DNA of 64,000 nt from an uncultured Candidatus Saccharibacteria bacterium (GCA_964501135.1 CAZCRI010000001.1:393-64392), one strand, 5' to 3'; positions 17,931-28,001 are shown, counted from the stretch's first letter. Program-made: numbers and translations. Notes: generated from the sequence alone by a model not told the origin.

Positions 17931-18425
17931 ATGAAGATAGCAGTGATGGCGGATATCCACGGTAATATGGCATATCTTGAGCGTGCCAAGAAGGTAATCG
18001 ACGAGCAAGGCCTCGAAATTGTTCTTGTCTGTGGAGATGTGCAGGACATTGAGGCGCTTCAGGAGCTCGATACTTGGAAGCAGAAGGTCTATATCGCGCT
18101 TGGTAACGCGGATTATGAGATCCGTCACAAGCTTGATTCCGGCTTGATTTGGACAGAGAGAGTGGAAATATTTCTCGACTACGGTGTGCTTAATATTGGT
18201 GGCACCAAGCTAGCATTTTGTCATTATCCAAAATTTGCCGAGAAATTAGCCGAAGGCGGTAGGTTTGACGTTGTTTTCTATGGGCACAACCACAAGCCCT
18301 GGGAGGAAAAGATAGGCCGGACGGTAATGCTAAATCCTGGAGAGATTCAGGCCAGAGACGGTAAACCAACTTTTGCTATTTATGACCTTACGAAGATGAA
18401 AGCGGAACTGAAAATTCTGGTATAA
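17931..18425 (+). CDS. Metallophosphoesterase (YfcE/MJ0936 family)
   Basis: 164 aa; DIHGN and GHNH metal-binding motifs. Confidence 0.7.
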   Translation: MKIAVMADIHGNMAYLERAKKVIDEQGLEIVLVCGDVQDIEALQELDTWKQKVYIALGNADYEIRHKLDSGLIWTERVEIFLDYGVLNIGGTKLAFCHYPKFAEKLAEGGRFDVVFYGHNHKPWEEKIGRTVMLNPGEIQARDGKPTFAIYDLTKMKAELKILV

Positions 18426-18428
18426 CCA

Positions 18429-18457
18429 TTGACATTTTGCCTATTATTTGCTAGAAT
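18429..18457 (+). promoter_or_regulatory. Candidate promoter TTGACA-17-TAGAAT upstream of the UDG gene
   Basis: Consensus -35, 17 nt spacer, near-consensus -10. Confidence 0.45.
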
Positions 18458-18523
18458 ATACGCAACGTAGAAGAACTCTCTCAATAGCCATTAACCAACG
18501 AAAAGGATTTTTGCGTCCTACGC

Positions 18524-19117
18524 ATGCAGATTACTGACGAACAGATTGATAGTGCTCAAAGTATAGCTGAGATTGCCGACCTGGTAAGTAATTGCCAGCG
18601 CTGTTCTCTATATGAGACAAAAAACAAGGATGTCGTCGGGGTTGGTTCAGAAAGGGCAGAAATTTTCTTTATAGGGGAGGCCCCGGGCAAGAAAGAAGAT
18701 CTCGAAGGAGAACCATTTATCGGGGCGGCTGGCAAGTTCTTAAACGAACTACTGCTTAGCATCGGTCTAGAACGAAAAGATATCTATATTGCTAATGTTT
18801 TGAAACATAGACCCCCAAATAATCGTGATCCACTACCCATCGAGGCAGAGGTTTGCTGGCCGTTTCTAAGACGTCAAATAGAGCTCGTCAACCCTAAGTT
18901 GATTATCTTTCTTGGACGCCATGCGATGAATAGATTTTTCCCGGAACTTAAAATTTCTGAGGCTCACGGGAATGAATTCATCAAGGAAATGTGGGGCAGA
19001 AATCAGGCATTCCTGGCGCTATACCATCCGGCTGCAGCAATGTACAACGGGAGCTTACGAGAAACTCTCAAGGAAGATTTTGCTCGCATCCCTGAAATAA
19101 TTAAAACTATTAAATAA
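18524..19117 (+). CDS. Uracil-DNA glycosylase, family 4
   Basis: 197 aa; GEAPG...PFIGAAGKFL motifs typical of family-4 UDG. Confidence 0.75.
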   Translation: MQITDEQIDSAQSIAEIADLVSNCQRCSLYETKNKDVVGVGSERAEIFFIGEAPGKKEDLEGEPFIGAAGKFLNELLLSIGLERKDIYIANVLKHRPPNNRDPLPIEAEVCWPFLRRQIELVNPKLIIFLGRHAMNRFFPELKISEAHGNEFIKEMWGRNQAFLALYHPAAAMYNGSLRETLKEDFARIPEIIKTIK

Positions 19118-19128
19118 CTTAAATACAG

Positions 19129-19183
19129 CCCCGACGTTTCGTAACACGAAAGTCGGGATCCCGACCGTAAGCGTCGGGGGGAA
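19129..19183 (+). promoter_or_regulatory. Conserved twin-hairpin 5'-UTR element, copy A (CCCCGACG...GTCGGGATCCCGACCG...GTCGGGGGG) ahead of rnj
   Basis: Second copy at 49846-49898 on the minus strand with an identical 16-mer GTCGGGATCCCGACCG. The terminal arm supplies the G-rich SD. Confidence 0.45.
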
Positions 19184-19195
19184 GTTTAACCGAAT

Positions 19196-21001
19196 ATGGA
19201 AAAAGTACAAAAGAAACCAGAGAAGAAGCAGCGTCGGCAGAACAAACCATTCACCGACAATGCTCTAAAAAACAAAAACATTCGTACAAATAGCGATCCT
19301 GTGCAGCAATCTTCGCACACCAAGGACCCAAAGAAGGGTCTACTGAAGATTACACCACTCGGTGGTTTGGGCGAGGTTGGCAAGAACCTCACAGTATATG
19401 AGTACGAAAACGACATCATCATTGTCGATATGGGCTTCAAATTCCCAGACAGTGAAATGCTCGGCATCGACTACATCATTCCGGATATTGCCTACTTGGA
19501 AGATAAGAAAGACAAGATTCGCGGGATTTTCATCACTCATGGTCACGAAGACCATATTGGGGCAATTCCGTTTATCTGGCCGAAACTTGGCTGTCCTATC
19601 TATGGTACTAAGTTGACCATCGGAATGATCGAAGCGAAACTTTCAGAATACAGCTTTGATACCGGCGGGGTGCTTAAGGTAATTGATCCCGAGAAAGACG
19701 TTTTGCGCATGGGAGCTTTTGAAGTCGAAGCTTTCCGCGTAACACACTCTATTCCTGATGCTGTCGGCTACGGGGTAAAGACGCCTCTGGGACGCATTAT
19801 CTATACAGGCGACTTCAAAATTGACCACTCCCCACTAGACGATAAATTCATCGACTGGGATAAGCTCGCTCGCTTTAGTAATGAAGGGGTGTTGTTGCTA
19901 ATGTCCGACAGTACTAATGCAGAGCAACCAGGCTTCTCGATGAGCGAGAAAAAGCTCGAAAAAAGCTTTGAAGATATGTTTGATAATGCCAAGGGGCGTG
20001 TAATCGTTGCGTCTTTTGCCTCACAGATCAATCGTATTCAAATGGTTGTTGATTCCGCTAGGGATCACGGCCGTAAATTGGCTTTTGCTGGTCGCTCGAT
20101 GCTCAAAAACGTTGAGATCGCAGTTCGTTTGGGTTATCTAAAGGTTCCTGCGGGGATGATTGTTAGAATCCAAGAAATCGATAAGTTTCCGGATCACATG
20201 GTCACGGTGATGGCTACTGGTTCCCAAGGTCAGGCCATGTCGGCTCTAGGACGAATGGCAAGTGGTTCACACAAGAATATCCGAATTAAACCTAGTGATA
20301 CCGTAATTTTCTCAAGCTCTCCAATTCCTGGGAATGAACGAGAGGTAGTCGCCGTGATGGATGACCTTTTCCGTCAAGGCGCGAACGTGCTCTTTGACGC
20401 CGAAAAAAGTCGTACTCACGTTACGGGACATCCATGTCGGGAAGAGCTCAAGATGATGATTGCAATGATTAGACCAAAGTACTTTGCGCCTTTCCATGGC
20501 GAGCGTCACATGTTGGTTCGTCACGCCGAAATTGCAAAGGAGCTGGGTATTCAAGATCAGAACATCTTTATCCTCGATAATGGCGAGCAAATTCTGATTG
20601 ATGCTGTAAAGGCTAGAAAGTCAGAAAATAAGGTAGCCAATGGCATTATCCTTATTGACGGTCTTGGTATCGGTGACGTTGGTGAAATCGTTCTTCGTGA
20701 GCGTAAATCGATGTCGACAGAAGGCATCTTTGTTGTAATCTGTACTCTTGACCGAAAGACCGGCAAGATGCTGACCAGCCCAGATATTATCTCGCGTGGA
20801 TTTATCTATATGCGTGAGAACGAGAAACTAGTGAGTGCTGCGAGGGCAGAGATCAAACGGACTGTAGAGGTTTTGGGTAAGGAAGGCTCCGGCCAGAATT
20901 ACCAAAATCTAAAGGTTCGACTCCGCGATGGAATTAGCGAGCTTCTCTACAATGAGACACAGCGACGACCGCTGGTATTACCAGTAGTTATTGAAGTTTA
21001 G
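19196..21001 (+). CDS. rnj: Ribonuclease J (metallo-beta-lactamase/beta-CASP RNase) with lysine-rich N-terminal extension
   Basis: 601 aa; HGHEDHIGA motif and RNase J C-terminal domain. Confidence 0.9.
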   Translation: MEKVQKKPEKKQRRQNKPFTDNALKNKNIRTNSDPVQQSSHTKDPKKGLLKITPLGGLGEVGKNLTVYEYENDIIIVDMGFKFPDSEMLGIDYIIPDIAYLEDKKDKIRGIFITHGHEDHIGAIPFIWPKLGCPIYGTKLTIGMIEAKLSEYSFDTGGVLKVIDPEKDVLRMGAFEVEAFRVTHSIPDAVGYGVKTPLGRIIYTGDFKIDHSPLDDKFIDWDKLARFSNEGVLLLMSDSTNAEQPGFSMSEKKLEKSFEDMFDNAKGRVIVASFASQINRIQMVVDSARDHGRKLAFAGRSMLKNVEIAVRLGYLKVPAGMIVRIQEIDKFPDHMVTVMATGSQGQAMSALGRMASGSHKNIRIKPSDTVIFSSSPIPGNEREVVAVMDDLFRQGANVLFDAEKSRTHVTGHPCREELKMMIAMIRPKYFAPFHGERHMLVRHAEIAKELGIQDQNIFILDNGEQILIDAVKARKSENKVANGIILIDGLGIGDVGEIVLRERKSMSTEGIFVVICTLDRKTGKMLTSPDIISRGFIYMRENEKLVSAARAEIKRTVEVLGKEGSGQNYQNLKVRLRDGISELLYNETQRRPLVLPVVIEV

Positions 21002-21005
21002 TAAA

Positions 21006-21028
21006 ATGCCCACAATGTGGGCATTTTT
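21006..21028 (+). terminator. Terminator after rnj (ATGCCCACA-a-TGTGGGCAT plus T5)
   Basis: Perfect 9 bp stem plus U-run. Confidence 0.75.
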
Positions 21029-21088
21029 ATTATAAAGAGTATGTTTATCGTAAGTAGCCTTTGTGCTATAATCAGGAAGAATAAGTAG

Positions 21089-23212
21089 GTGAAAATGGCT
21101 CGACATCGCAAACCAGGCCGCCCGAAGGGCTCCAAGAACAAATCAGCTGGTAATGCCGGATCCCCAATCCTTACGGGAGTGGATCCGATTGTTCGAAATC
21201 AGATAATTGCGGTCCTGCTATTTGTCCTGGCTTTTGTCATACTCGTCAGTTCTTTTGGCTTCGGCGGACCTTTTGGCATTATCATTAGCAAATACTTACG
21301 TATTGCTATGGGTTGGACAATCTTTGTCCTGCCGCTGATTCTCGCCGGAGTCGCTTATTCGCTCTTCAATCCCGAGGAGTACGAGATCACAACGGCCACA
21401 GTGATTGGTTTATTGTTGGCCGTATTTTCTTTTTCAGGGGTTTTTCATATTTTTGTTAATGTCGCAAACGCAAGCTCTCTTGCTGCTGCCGGTAGTAACG
21501 GGGGCTATGTAGGTTTTTACCTTCAAAAGCTCCTTTTGATGGTTTTTAATGCACCAGTATCATTTGTATTGTTACTAGCAACGTCTACCATCGGAATGCT
21601 TCTGGCGACTAACACTCCATTTACGGGTCTTGCTACATTATTCAACAAAAAGGAAGAAGATGAGTCGGCACCCAAGAATGACATCAAGATTCATGAGACC
21701 GCACCGGCCGCAAAGGCTCCGATGATTGATCCAAGAAAAGCTGCCCAGAAGGACCACTCAGAACAGGCGGTAATGTCCACGGTAGATACTTCTGGTTGGA
21801 AATTACCCCCGCTAAATCTATTTGAAGAGATGACAACACGGGCAGATAGTGGAAATGTTCGTGAAAATGCGGCGATGATTCAGAAAACTCTTTCCAACTT
21901 TGGTATTGAGGTAAGTATGAGCGATGTAAACGTAGGACCTACTGTTACTCAATACACCCTAAAACCTAACGATGGCGTGAAACTAGAGAAAATCACTAGC
22001 CTCGATAAGAATCTTGCCCTTTCCCTTGCAGCACACCCCATTCGTATTGAAGCCCCAATTCCGGGGAAGAGCCTTGTGGGTGTTGAGATGCCAAATAAGT
22101 CGGCACAGATTGTGCGTATGAGAAATATTCTCGCCTCACAGACTTTCAAGGATCGTAAATCAAAACTCTCAATCGTGCTTGGTCTAGATGTTGCCGGACA
22201 CCCACAAATTGCTGATATTACTAAAATGCCTCACCTTTTGATTGCCGGTTCTACTGGTTCTGGCAAGTCGGTTTGTATCAATGCGCTGCTTCTCAGCCTG
22301 ATTTATCAGAATACGCCACAGGATCTAAAGCTAATCTTAGTCGACCCGAAACGAGTAGAACTGAGCCTATACAATGGCATCGCTCATTTGCTTACCCCAG
22401 TGATTGTAGAGCCAGACAAGACAGTATCGGCTCTGAAGTGGGCAGTAGCGGAGATGGAAAGACGTTATCACGTTCTTTCGAGCGCTGGAAAGCGCAATAT
22501 TACTGAGTACAATCAAGCAAAAACCAAGGAAGCAATGCCTTTTATCGTGATTGTTATCGATGAGCTCGCAGATTTGATGGCGGTTTCGGCTAGCGAAGTA
22601 GAGGGCTTGATCTGCCGCCTGGCGCAGATGGCACGGGCCGTTGGCATGCACCTTGTAGTTGCTACACAGCGTCCTTCGGTTGACGTTATTACGGGCCTGA
22701 TTAAGGCTAACATCCCAACACGTATTGCTTTTTCGGTGGCTTCTAATACTGACTCTAGGACTATCCTTGATCAGAGTGGTGCTGAGAAACTCCTTGGTAT
22801 GGGAGACATGCTCTTCCTTTCAGCCGAACTTTCGAAACCTCGCCGTATCCAAGGAGCATATGTCTCCGAGCAAGAAGTGAAAGAAGTGACAGAGTTTGTG
22901 AAGACTCAGGCTGAACCAGATTATAACGAAGAAATTTTGAAGCAAAATGCCAAAGCCTCACATGGCGGTGACATGGCCGATATTGACGACGACCTCTTTT
23001 ATGATGCTGCAGAAACTGTAATCAGGGCAGGTAAGGCTTCGGCCTCGCTGCTTCAGAGACGGCTGAGAATTGGTTACGCACGCGCTGCGCGTCTCTTGGA
23101 TATTCTTGAAGATAGAGGCGTGGTGGGGCCACAAGACGGCGCAAGACCAAGAGATGTACTGGTGGATGATATGAATGATATTACTGGCGAGGGAGATGGG
23201 GGCGATTATTAA
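21089..23212 (+). CDS. ftsK: DNA translocase FtsK/SpoIIIE
   Basis: 707 aa; N-terminal TM segments, Walker A (AGSTGSGKS), C-terminal gamma (winged-helix) domain. Confidence 0.9.
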   Translation: MKMARHRKPGRPKGSKNKSAGNAGSPILTGVDPIVRNQIIAVLLFVLAFVILVSSFGFGGPFGIIISKYLRIAMGWTIFVLPLILAGVAYSLFNPEEYEITTATVIGLLLAVFSFSGVFHIFVNVANASSLAAAGSNGGYVGFYLQKLLLMVFNAPVSFVLLLATSTIGMLLATNTPFTGLATLFNKKEEDESAPKNDIKIHETAPAAKAPMIDPRKAAQKDHSEQAVMSTVDTSGWKLPPLNLFEEMTTRADSGNVRENAAMIQKTLSNFGIEVSMSDVNVGPTVTQYTLKPNDGVKLEKITSLDKNLALSLAAHPIRIEAPIPGKSLVGVEMPNKSAQIVRMRNILASQTFKDRKSKLSIVLGLDVAGHPQIADITKMPHLLIAGSTGSGKSVCINALLLSLIYQNTPQDLKLILVDPKRVELSLYNGIAHLLTPVIVEPDKTVSALKWAVAEMERRYHVLSSAGKRNITEYNQAKTKEAMPFIVIVIDELADLMAVSASEVEGLICRLAQMARAVGMHLVVATQRPSVDVITGLIKANIPTRIAFSVASNTDSRTILDQSGAEKLLGMGDMLFLSAELSKPRRIQGAYVSEQEVKEVTEFVKTQAEPDYNEEILKQNAKASHGGDMADIDDDLFYDAAETVIRAGKASASLLQRRLRIGYARAARLLDILEDRGVVGPQDGARPRDVLVDDMNDITGEGDGGDY

Positions 23213-24183
23213 TGGCAGCGGCCGTAAAATTTACACGTAAGACTCTCCCTCAAAAAGAAGGCTTGGGAGAAAAGTTAGCGAAAAAGCGCATTTCTCAGGG
23301 CCTAGATCTTAAAGATATTGAAAAGGCGATACGGATTCGATGGAAATACGTAGAAGCAATCGAGAATGGCAGATACGATATCTTGCCACCCGATGTTTAT
23401 GTACGCGGTTTTGTTCGTACGTACGCCACTTTTTTACAACTTGACCCGGATAAAGTAATGAAGCTCTACGAGCGCGAAAGAGGGCTCATCGAGAATGTTC
23501 GCAAGGCGAAAGCAGGTGCTCCCGTAGTAAAGCCTATAGACGCACCTAAGGTAGTGATTACGCCGAAGACGCTCACAGTCGGGGGGATTGTTTTCGCGAG
23601 TTTAATGATTTTACTTTACATTGGGTGGCAGGTAGGAATTCTTACGGCGCCACCAAAGCTTTCTGTACTTTCACCAAAAGATAATATCAATATCGCAAGC
23701 AGCACTACCACAGTTGAGGGGACTACAGACAACGGAGCGACGGTTACAATCAACGATGTAGGAGTGGGAATTGACCAGGAAGGTAAGTTCAAAGAGAAAA
23801 TTAGTCTTCAGAACGGCGTAAATATTATTCACATTAAGGCTCAGAATAAGTTGGGCAAATACACTCAGCAAACACGAACCGTAGTAGCACAAACGTCAAC
23901 CGTGGCGGTAGCAACAGCTACGGGTGAGATTGAGGTACGCCTCGTTGTAGGTCCTCGCTCGGCTTCTCTCTCGGTAGAGGTAGATGGCAAGAAGCTTACC
24001 GACAAACCAACCGTGGTTGTGTCTGGAGTTAGCCAGGTATACAAGGCGGCAAACAGTATCAAAATCACTACCACGGATGGCGGTACTGTACAGGCAACCT
24101 ATAATGGACAGAGTGTAGGCGCTCTCGGTAAAGATAATGAAACAGTGAGCAGAGAATTTATAAAAGGTATGAAGATACAGTAG
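23212..24183 (+). CDS. RodZ-like cytoskeleton protein (XRE-type HTH, TM helix, C-terminal beta-rich domain)
   Basis: 323 aa; N-terminal HTH (DILPPDVYVRGFVRTYATFL), one TM helix, Thr/Val-rich C-terminus. Confidence 0.6.
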   Translation: MAAAVKFTRKTLPQKEGLGEKLAKKRISQGLDLKDIEKAIRIRWKYVEAIENGRYDILPPDVYVRGFVRTYATFLQLDPDKVMKLYERERGLIENVRKAKAGAPVVKPIDAPKVVITPKTLTVGGIVFASLMILLYIGWQVGILTAPPKLSVLSPKDNINIASSTTTVEGTTDNGATVTINDVGVGIDQEGKFKEKISLQNGVNIIHIKAQNKLGKYTQQTRTVVAQTSTVAVATATGEIEVRLVVGPRSASLSVEVDGKKLTDKPTVVVSGVSQVYKAANSIKITTTDGGTVQATYNGQSVGALGKDNETVSREFIKGMKIQ

Positions 24184-24191
24184 GAGAAATC

Positions 24192-24692
24192 ATGGCAAGC
24201 GATTATTCATTTGATATTACATGTGACTTTGACCATCAGGAGATGGCAAATGCCACAGATCAGTTAAAACGGGAAATCATAGGGCGTTTTGACTTCAAGG
24301 GCGTTCTTGCAGACGTCGAATATTCGGAGAAAGAGAACTTAATCACGATTCATACGGAAAGTGATTATAAGCTGGAGGCGATTATCGATATTCTAGAGTC
24401 AAAGATGGTCAAGCGCGATCTTAGTCTAAAGATTTTGGATAAAAGCACCGATTTTGAGCTGGCTAGTGGTAGTACAGTACGAAAGAAGATTCCACTTCGC
24501 AGTGGGCTTTCCTCAGAAAACGCCAAGAAAATCAGTAAACTGATTCGTGATGAATTTCCAAAGGCAAAGCCCGTAATTCAAGGGGATGAGGTTCGTGTGG
24601 TTTCCAAGTCGAAGGACGAATTGCAGCAGATAATGGACCTCCTGAGAGGGGCAGATCTCGAAATGCCACTTCAATTTGGTAACTATAGATAA
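24192..24692 (+). CDS. yajQ: YajQ-family nucleotide-binding protein (UPF0234)
   Basis: 166 aa; family-typical N-terminus (SFDITCDFDHQE...RFDFKG) and C-terminal QFGNYR. Confidence 0.7.
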   Translation: MASDYSFDITCDFDHQEMANATDQLKREIIGRFDFKGVLADVEYSEKENLITIHTESDYKLEAIIDILESKMVKRDLSLKILDKSTDFELASGSTVRKKIPLRSGLSSENAKKISKLIRDEFPKAKPVIQGDEVRVVSKSKDELQQIMDLLRGADLEMPLQFGNYR

Positions 24693-24701
24693 AACTTAAA
24701 A

Positions 24702-25922
24702 ATGTACGACCTCGTAATTATTGGAGCTGGACCTGCTGGAATGATGGCAGCGATTGCGGCCGCAGAAAGTGGCGGCAAGGTACTTTTGGTTGAAAAAAAT
24801 CCGGGGCTCGGTAAGAAAATCCTAGTGACAGGGAACGGACGTTGTAATATTTCAAACCGAAAGGTAGACGAAACAAGATATCACGGAAGTATTAATCGTA
24901 TCTTTAATGATGTCTACCCCAGGTTTGATAACCTAGCCACAGAGAAATTCTTTGAGGACCTTGGGGTGAAGCTTAAGGAAGAGAATAGCGGCAGACTTTT
25001 CCCAACAACCGATAAAGCCACGACCGTAGTGGAGGCGCTAAGCAACAAATTGCACGCTTTGGGGGTGAAAATTTGTTCTGGTTACGCGGTGAAGAACGTA
25101 AGTCATGAGGATAATTGGGAAACCGAGCTTGCAAGCGGCGAGAAAATTCACTCTCGTACCTTGCTCTTGGCTACTGGTGGAAAGGCAGCACATGCGCTTG
25201 GATCGAGCGGCGACGGGCTGTTTTGGGCGATGAAACTCGGGCATAAACCGACGCCGATATATGCTGCTCTTGTAGCGCTTGAGACCGAAGAAGCATTTGT
25301 TAAAGATGTGATGGGAGTGAAGCTTGCTGTGATAGCTACCTCCTTTGCCGATGGGGTTGAGCTTCGTCAACGACAAGGCGATATGCTCTTTACCCATTAC
25401 GGGGTTTCCGGACCTGCTGTCATGGGTTTGGCAGGGTCTGTGGCTCCGTACATTGGAAAAGGTAAGGTGACACTCTCAATTAATTTGGTTCCCGAGCAGA
25501 GTGCTAAGACCCTAGATGCATGGCTGCTTGAAAGCTTTGCAGAGTCACCAAAGAAGCAGCTAGCGAACGTTCTTGCTGATATTCTGCCATTAAAATTGGC
25601 AAAAAAATGTGCTGAACTTCTGCACCTAGCCACGAAAAACGTTTCTGAAATTTCAAAGACAGAGCGAAAGGAGCTCCTGGAGCTGCTACAAAAGTTCCCT
25701 CTTACTGTTAGTAAGGTTAGGCCCCTAAAGGAAGCTCAGGTTACCTCAGGCGGTATCCCGGTGGATGAAGTAACAGCGCGACTAGAATCTAGAGTGCAAA
25801 AAGGGCTATTCTTTGCTGGTGAAATCCTGGATATCGATGGAGATTCTGGTGGATTTAATTTACAATGGGCTTGGTCTAGTGGTTATGTCGCTGGTAAGGC
25901 GGCGATAGAGGAGGCGAAATGA
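24702..25922 (+). CDS. NAD(P)/FAD-dependent oxidoreductase, HI0933/BaiN family flavoprotein
   Basis: 406 aa; N-terminal Rossmann motif DLVIIGAGPAG; family architecture. Confidence 0.7.
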   Translation: MYDLVIIGAGPAGMMAAIAAAESGGKVLLVEKNPGLGKKILVTGNGRCNISNRKVDETRYHGSINRIFNDVYPRFDNLATEKFFEDLGVKLKEENSGRLFPTTDKATTVVEALSNKLHALGVKICSGYAVKNVSHEDNWETELASGEKIHSRTLLLATGGKAAHALGSSGDGLFWAMKLGHKPTPIYAALVALETEEAFVKDVMGVKLAVIATSFADGVELRQRQGDMLFTHYGVSGPAVMGLAGSVAPYIGKGKVTLSINLVPEQSAKTLDAWLLESFAESPKKQLANVLADILPLKLAKKCAELLHLATKNVSEISKTERKELLELLQKFPLTVSKVRPLKEAQVTSGGIPVDEVTARLESRVQKGLFFAGEILDIDGDSGGFNLQWAWSSGYVAGKAAIEEAK

Positions 25923-26593
25923 GAATTTGGCTCGAAAAACGTACCAATTTATTGCTGGTTGCAGCGATTTACATCCTAATCTTGATTCAGTATCCTGCTG
26001 GAGTAGCAATTACTCAGCTGATTCTACATAAAAACGTTACTACTGCGATGGAGCCGAGCTTCCTACTATTATGGGGTCTTACCAGAATTGTCTTGGTTTT
26101 ACCTTTAATCTTTGTGTTGATGCAACGGCTCTCATGGGACAACAACAATATCTTTATGCGCTTCGGCGATTATAAGAAGGTAACGGCAATTACTTTTTGG
26201 ATGACCTTTGGTTTTATGTTGCTCGGCCTGGGTCTTTACCCTTGGTTCTTGCGATCTACATCATTAAACCCGCTCCTTTTACTCGAATATTTGCCAGTCT
26301 TCTTACTATATGCAATTTCAAACGCTTTCGTTGAGGAGACTTTCTTTCGCGGCGTGATGCAAAATTACTTTTCGCTTAAGCTTCCGACTGCCTTTGCCAT
26401 CATGGTTCAGGCCATCTTCTTTGCCGGAATTCATTTTTACAGCCCCATGAGTAGTAACCTGCTTCTCTTTGTCGGGCTCACTCTAGTTCTTGGGTTGATC
26501 TGGGGTTACACCACTAACAGATACAGGAGCTTGCTTCCTGCAATTGTCCTCCATGTTGTCGCTGACATCTTTGTTGCTGTCAGCCTGTTTTAA
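25919..26593 (+). CDS. CPBP-family intramembrane glutamic endopeptidase (CAAX protease/Abi family)
   Basis: 224 aa polytopic membrane protein with EExxFRG motif and distal His motifs. Confidence 0.65.
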   Translation: MRIWLEKRTNLLLVAAIYILILIQYPAGVAITQLILHKNVTTAMEPSFLLLWGLTRIVLVLPLIFVLMQRLSWDNNNIFMRFGDYKKVTAITFWMTFGFMLLGLGLYPWFLRSTSLNPLLLLEYLPVFLLYAISNAFVEETFFRGVMQNYFSLKLPTAFAIMVQAIFFAGIHFYSPMSSNLLLFVGLTLVLGLIWGYTTNRYRSLLPAIVLHVVADIFVAVSLF

Positions 26594-26619
26594 GCACAAA
26601 ATCGTGCTATAATTGACGG

Positions 26620-27462
26620 ATGGCGACACTAAAAGAACAAGTACATCAGCAGCTGCCACAACTCTCAAAGGCAGACCTCCACATCCACAGTAATTTTTCT
26701 GATGGAATTCCTTCTGTCGAGGAGATTTTAGAGTATGTGGAACATGAGACTGACTTGGACGTAATTGCGATTACTGATCACGATACAATCGATGGCGCGC
26801 TTCTTGCCAAGAAGATCATGGCGAAGAAGAAATATCGTTTTGATTTGATGATTGGCGAAGAAGTTTCCGCGAAAGAAGGGCATATCCTAGCCCTCGATAT
26901 CAAAGAACGTATTGCTCCAAACCAAAGTGCCCACGAGACCCTAAAACAGATCCACGCCCAGGGTGGCATCGCGATTGCTGCCCATCCTCTCTATGTATCC
27001 CGGATGAATCATCGTCTCCCGACGCCAGTGAATGGAGTTGGTGCAAAGGAATTACTACATGACAAATTGCATTTTGACGGTATAGAGACGGTCAATGCTA
27101 CTCCTATGATGGGAGAAGAAAATTTACGGGCGAAATATCTGAATAGACTACTGCTTTTCCGTACCGAAACTGGTTCTAGCGACGCTCACATTTTAGACGC
27201 AATTGGAAAGGGTTATACCTTATTTGAGGGTAAGAGTGCCAAGGACTTGCGTGAGGCAATCCTAAACTTTCAAACTCAATCGATGAATGACAAATGGAAC
27301 CTGCTCGGTGTTTTAAAATACGGTTTCTTCTTCTTGCCGATGGGTTTTCGCACCACCTTTCACACTTTGGTGTTTGGCCCTAGTCGTACGAGTCCCGAGA
27401 TAATCAAGTTTCCGAATCGTTTCAAGATAAAGAAAGAATTATTAGGAGATAGTAATGAGTAA
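26620..27462 (+). CDS. PHP-domain phosphoesterase
   Basis: 280 aa; HIHSNFSDG...ITDHD PHP motifs; leaderless-type promoter (TGcTATAAT, 6 nt, ATG). Confidence 0.6.
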   Translation: MATLKEQVHQQLPQLSKADLHIHSNFSDGIPSVEEILEYVEHETDLDVIAITDHDTIDGALLAKKIMAKKKYRFDLMIGEEVSAKEGHILALDIKERIAPNQSAHETLKQIHAQGGIAIAAHPLYVSRMNHRLPTPVNGVGAKELLHDKLHFDGIETVNATPMMGEENLRAKYLNRLLLFRTETGSSDAHILDAIGKGYTLFEGKSAKDLREAILNFQTQSMNDKWNLLGVLKYGFFFLPMGFRTTFHTLVFGPSRTSPEIIKFPNRFKIKKELLGDSNE

Positions 27463-28000
27463 AAAATTACTCTTGGTTTTGCCTCATGACAACTTTAGAG
27501 ATAAGGAGTATAGCTGGCTCGCGGAGAGACTCCAAGCAGCTGAAATCGAATTTAAAGTTGTTTCCAGTCATCTCTCTGAGGCCAAGGGGAGATTTGGAGA
27601 TATCGTAAAACCTGACCTGCTCCTAAAAGACGCCAGCCTGGAAAGTTATGACGGAGTGGTCTTTATCGGCGAGGAAACAGCCAGGGAATATGTGGGAGTT
27701 TCCGATATTACTAAGATTCTAGATTACGCAAAAGCTCATCACAAGTTGGTGGCAGCAATCGGAGAAGCCGTGGCAGTCCTGCTTGGTAACCATATTGTTT
27801 CGGGTGTTAAACTTACGGGGCCAGCAGAGCTAAGCAGCAAGATTGAAGAAGCCGGAGCCTTTTATCGTGGCAAGCTGGTCGAGACTGACTACAATCTGAT
27901 TACAGCTAACGGCCCCTATGCAGTACGGGAGTTTACCGAAGCAATCGTGAATTGGCTACAGGGTGAGCACAAAAAAGAGGGTAGAAAGTTTTTGAGATAA
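27455..28000 (+). CDS. DJ-1/PfpI (class I glutamine amidotransferase-like) family protein lacking the nucleophile Cys
   Basis: 181 aa; family fold signature but the nucleophile-elbow position reads AAIGEA. ATGA overlap with the PHP gene. Confidence 0.5.
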   Translation: MSKKLLLVLPHDNFRDKEYSWLAERLQAAEIEFKVVSSHLSEAKGRFGDIVKPDLLLKDASLESYDGVVFIGEETAREYVGVSDITKILDYAKAHHKLVAAIGEAVAVLLGNHIVSGVKLTGPAELSSKIEEAGAFYRGKLVETDYNLITANGPYAVREFTEAIVNWLQGEHKKEGRKFLR

Positions 28001-28001
28001 A

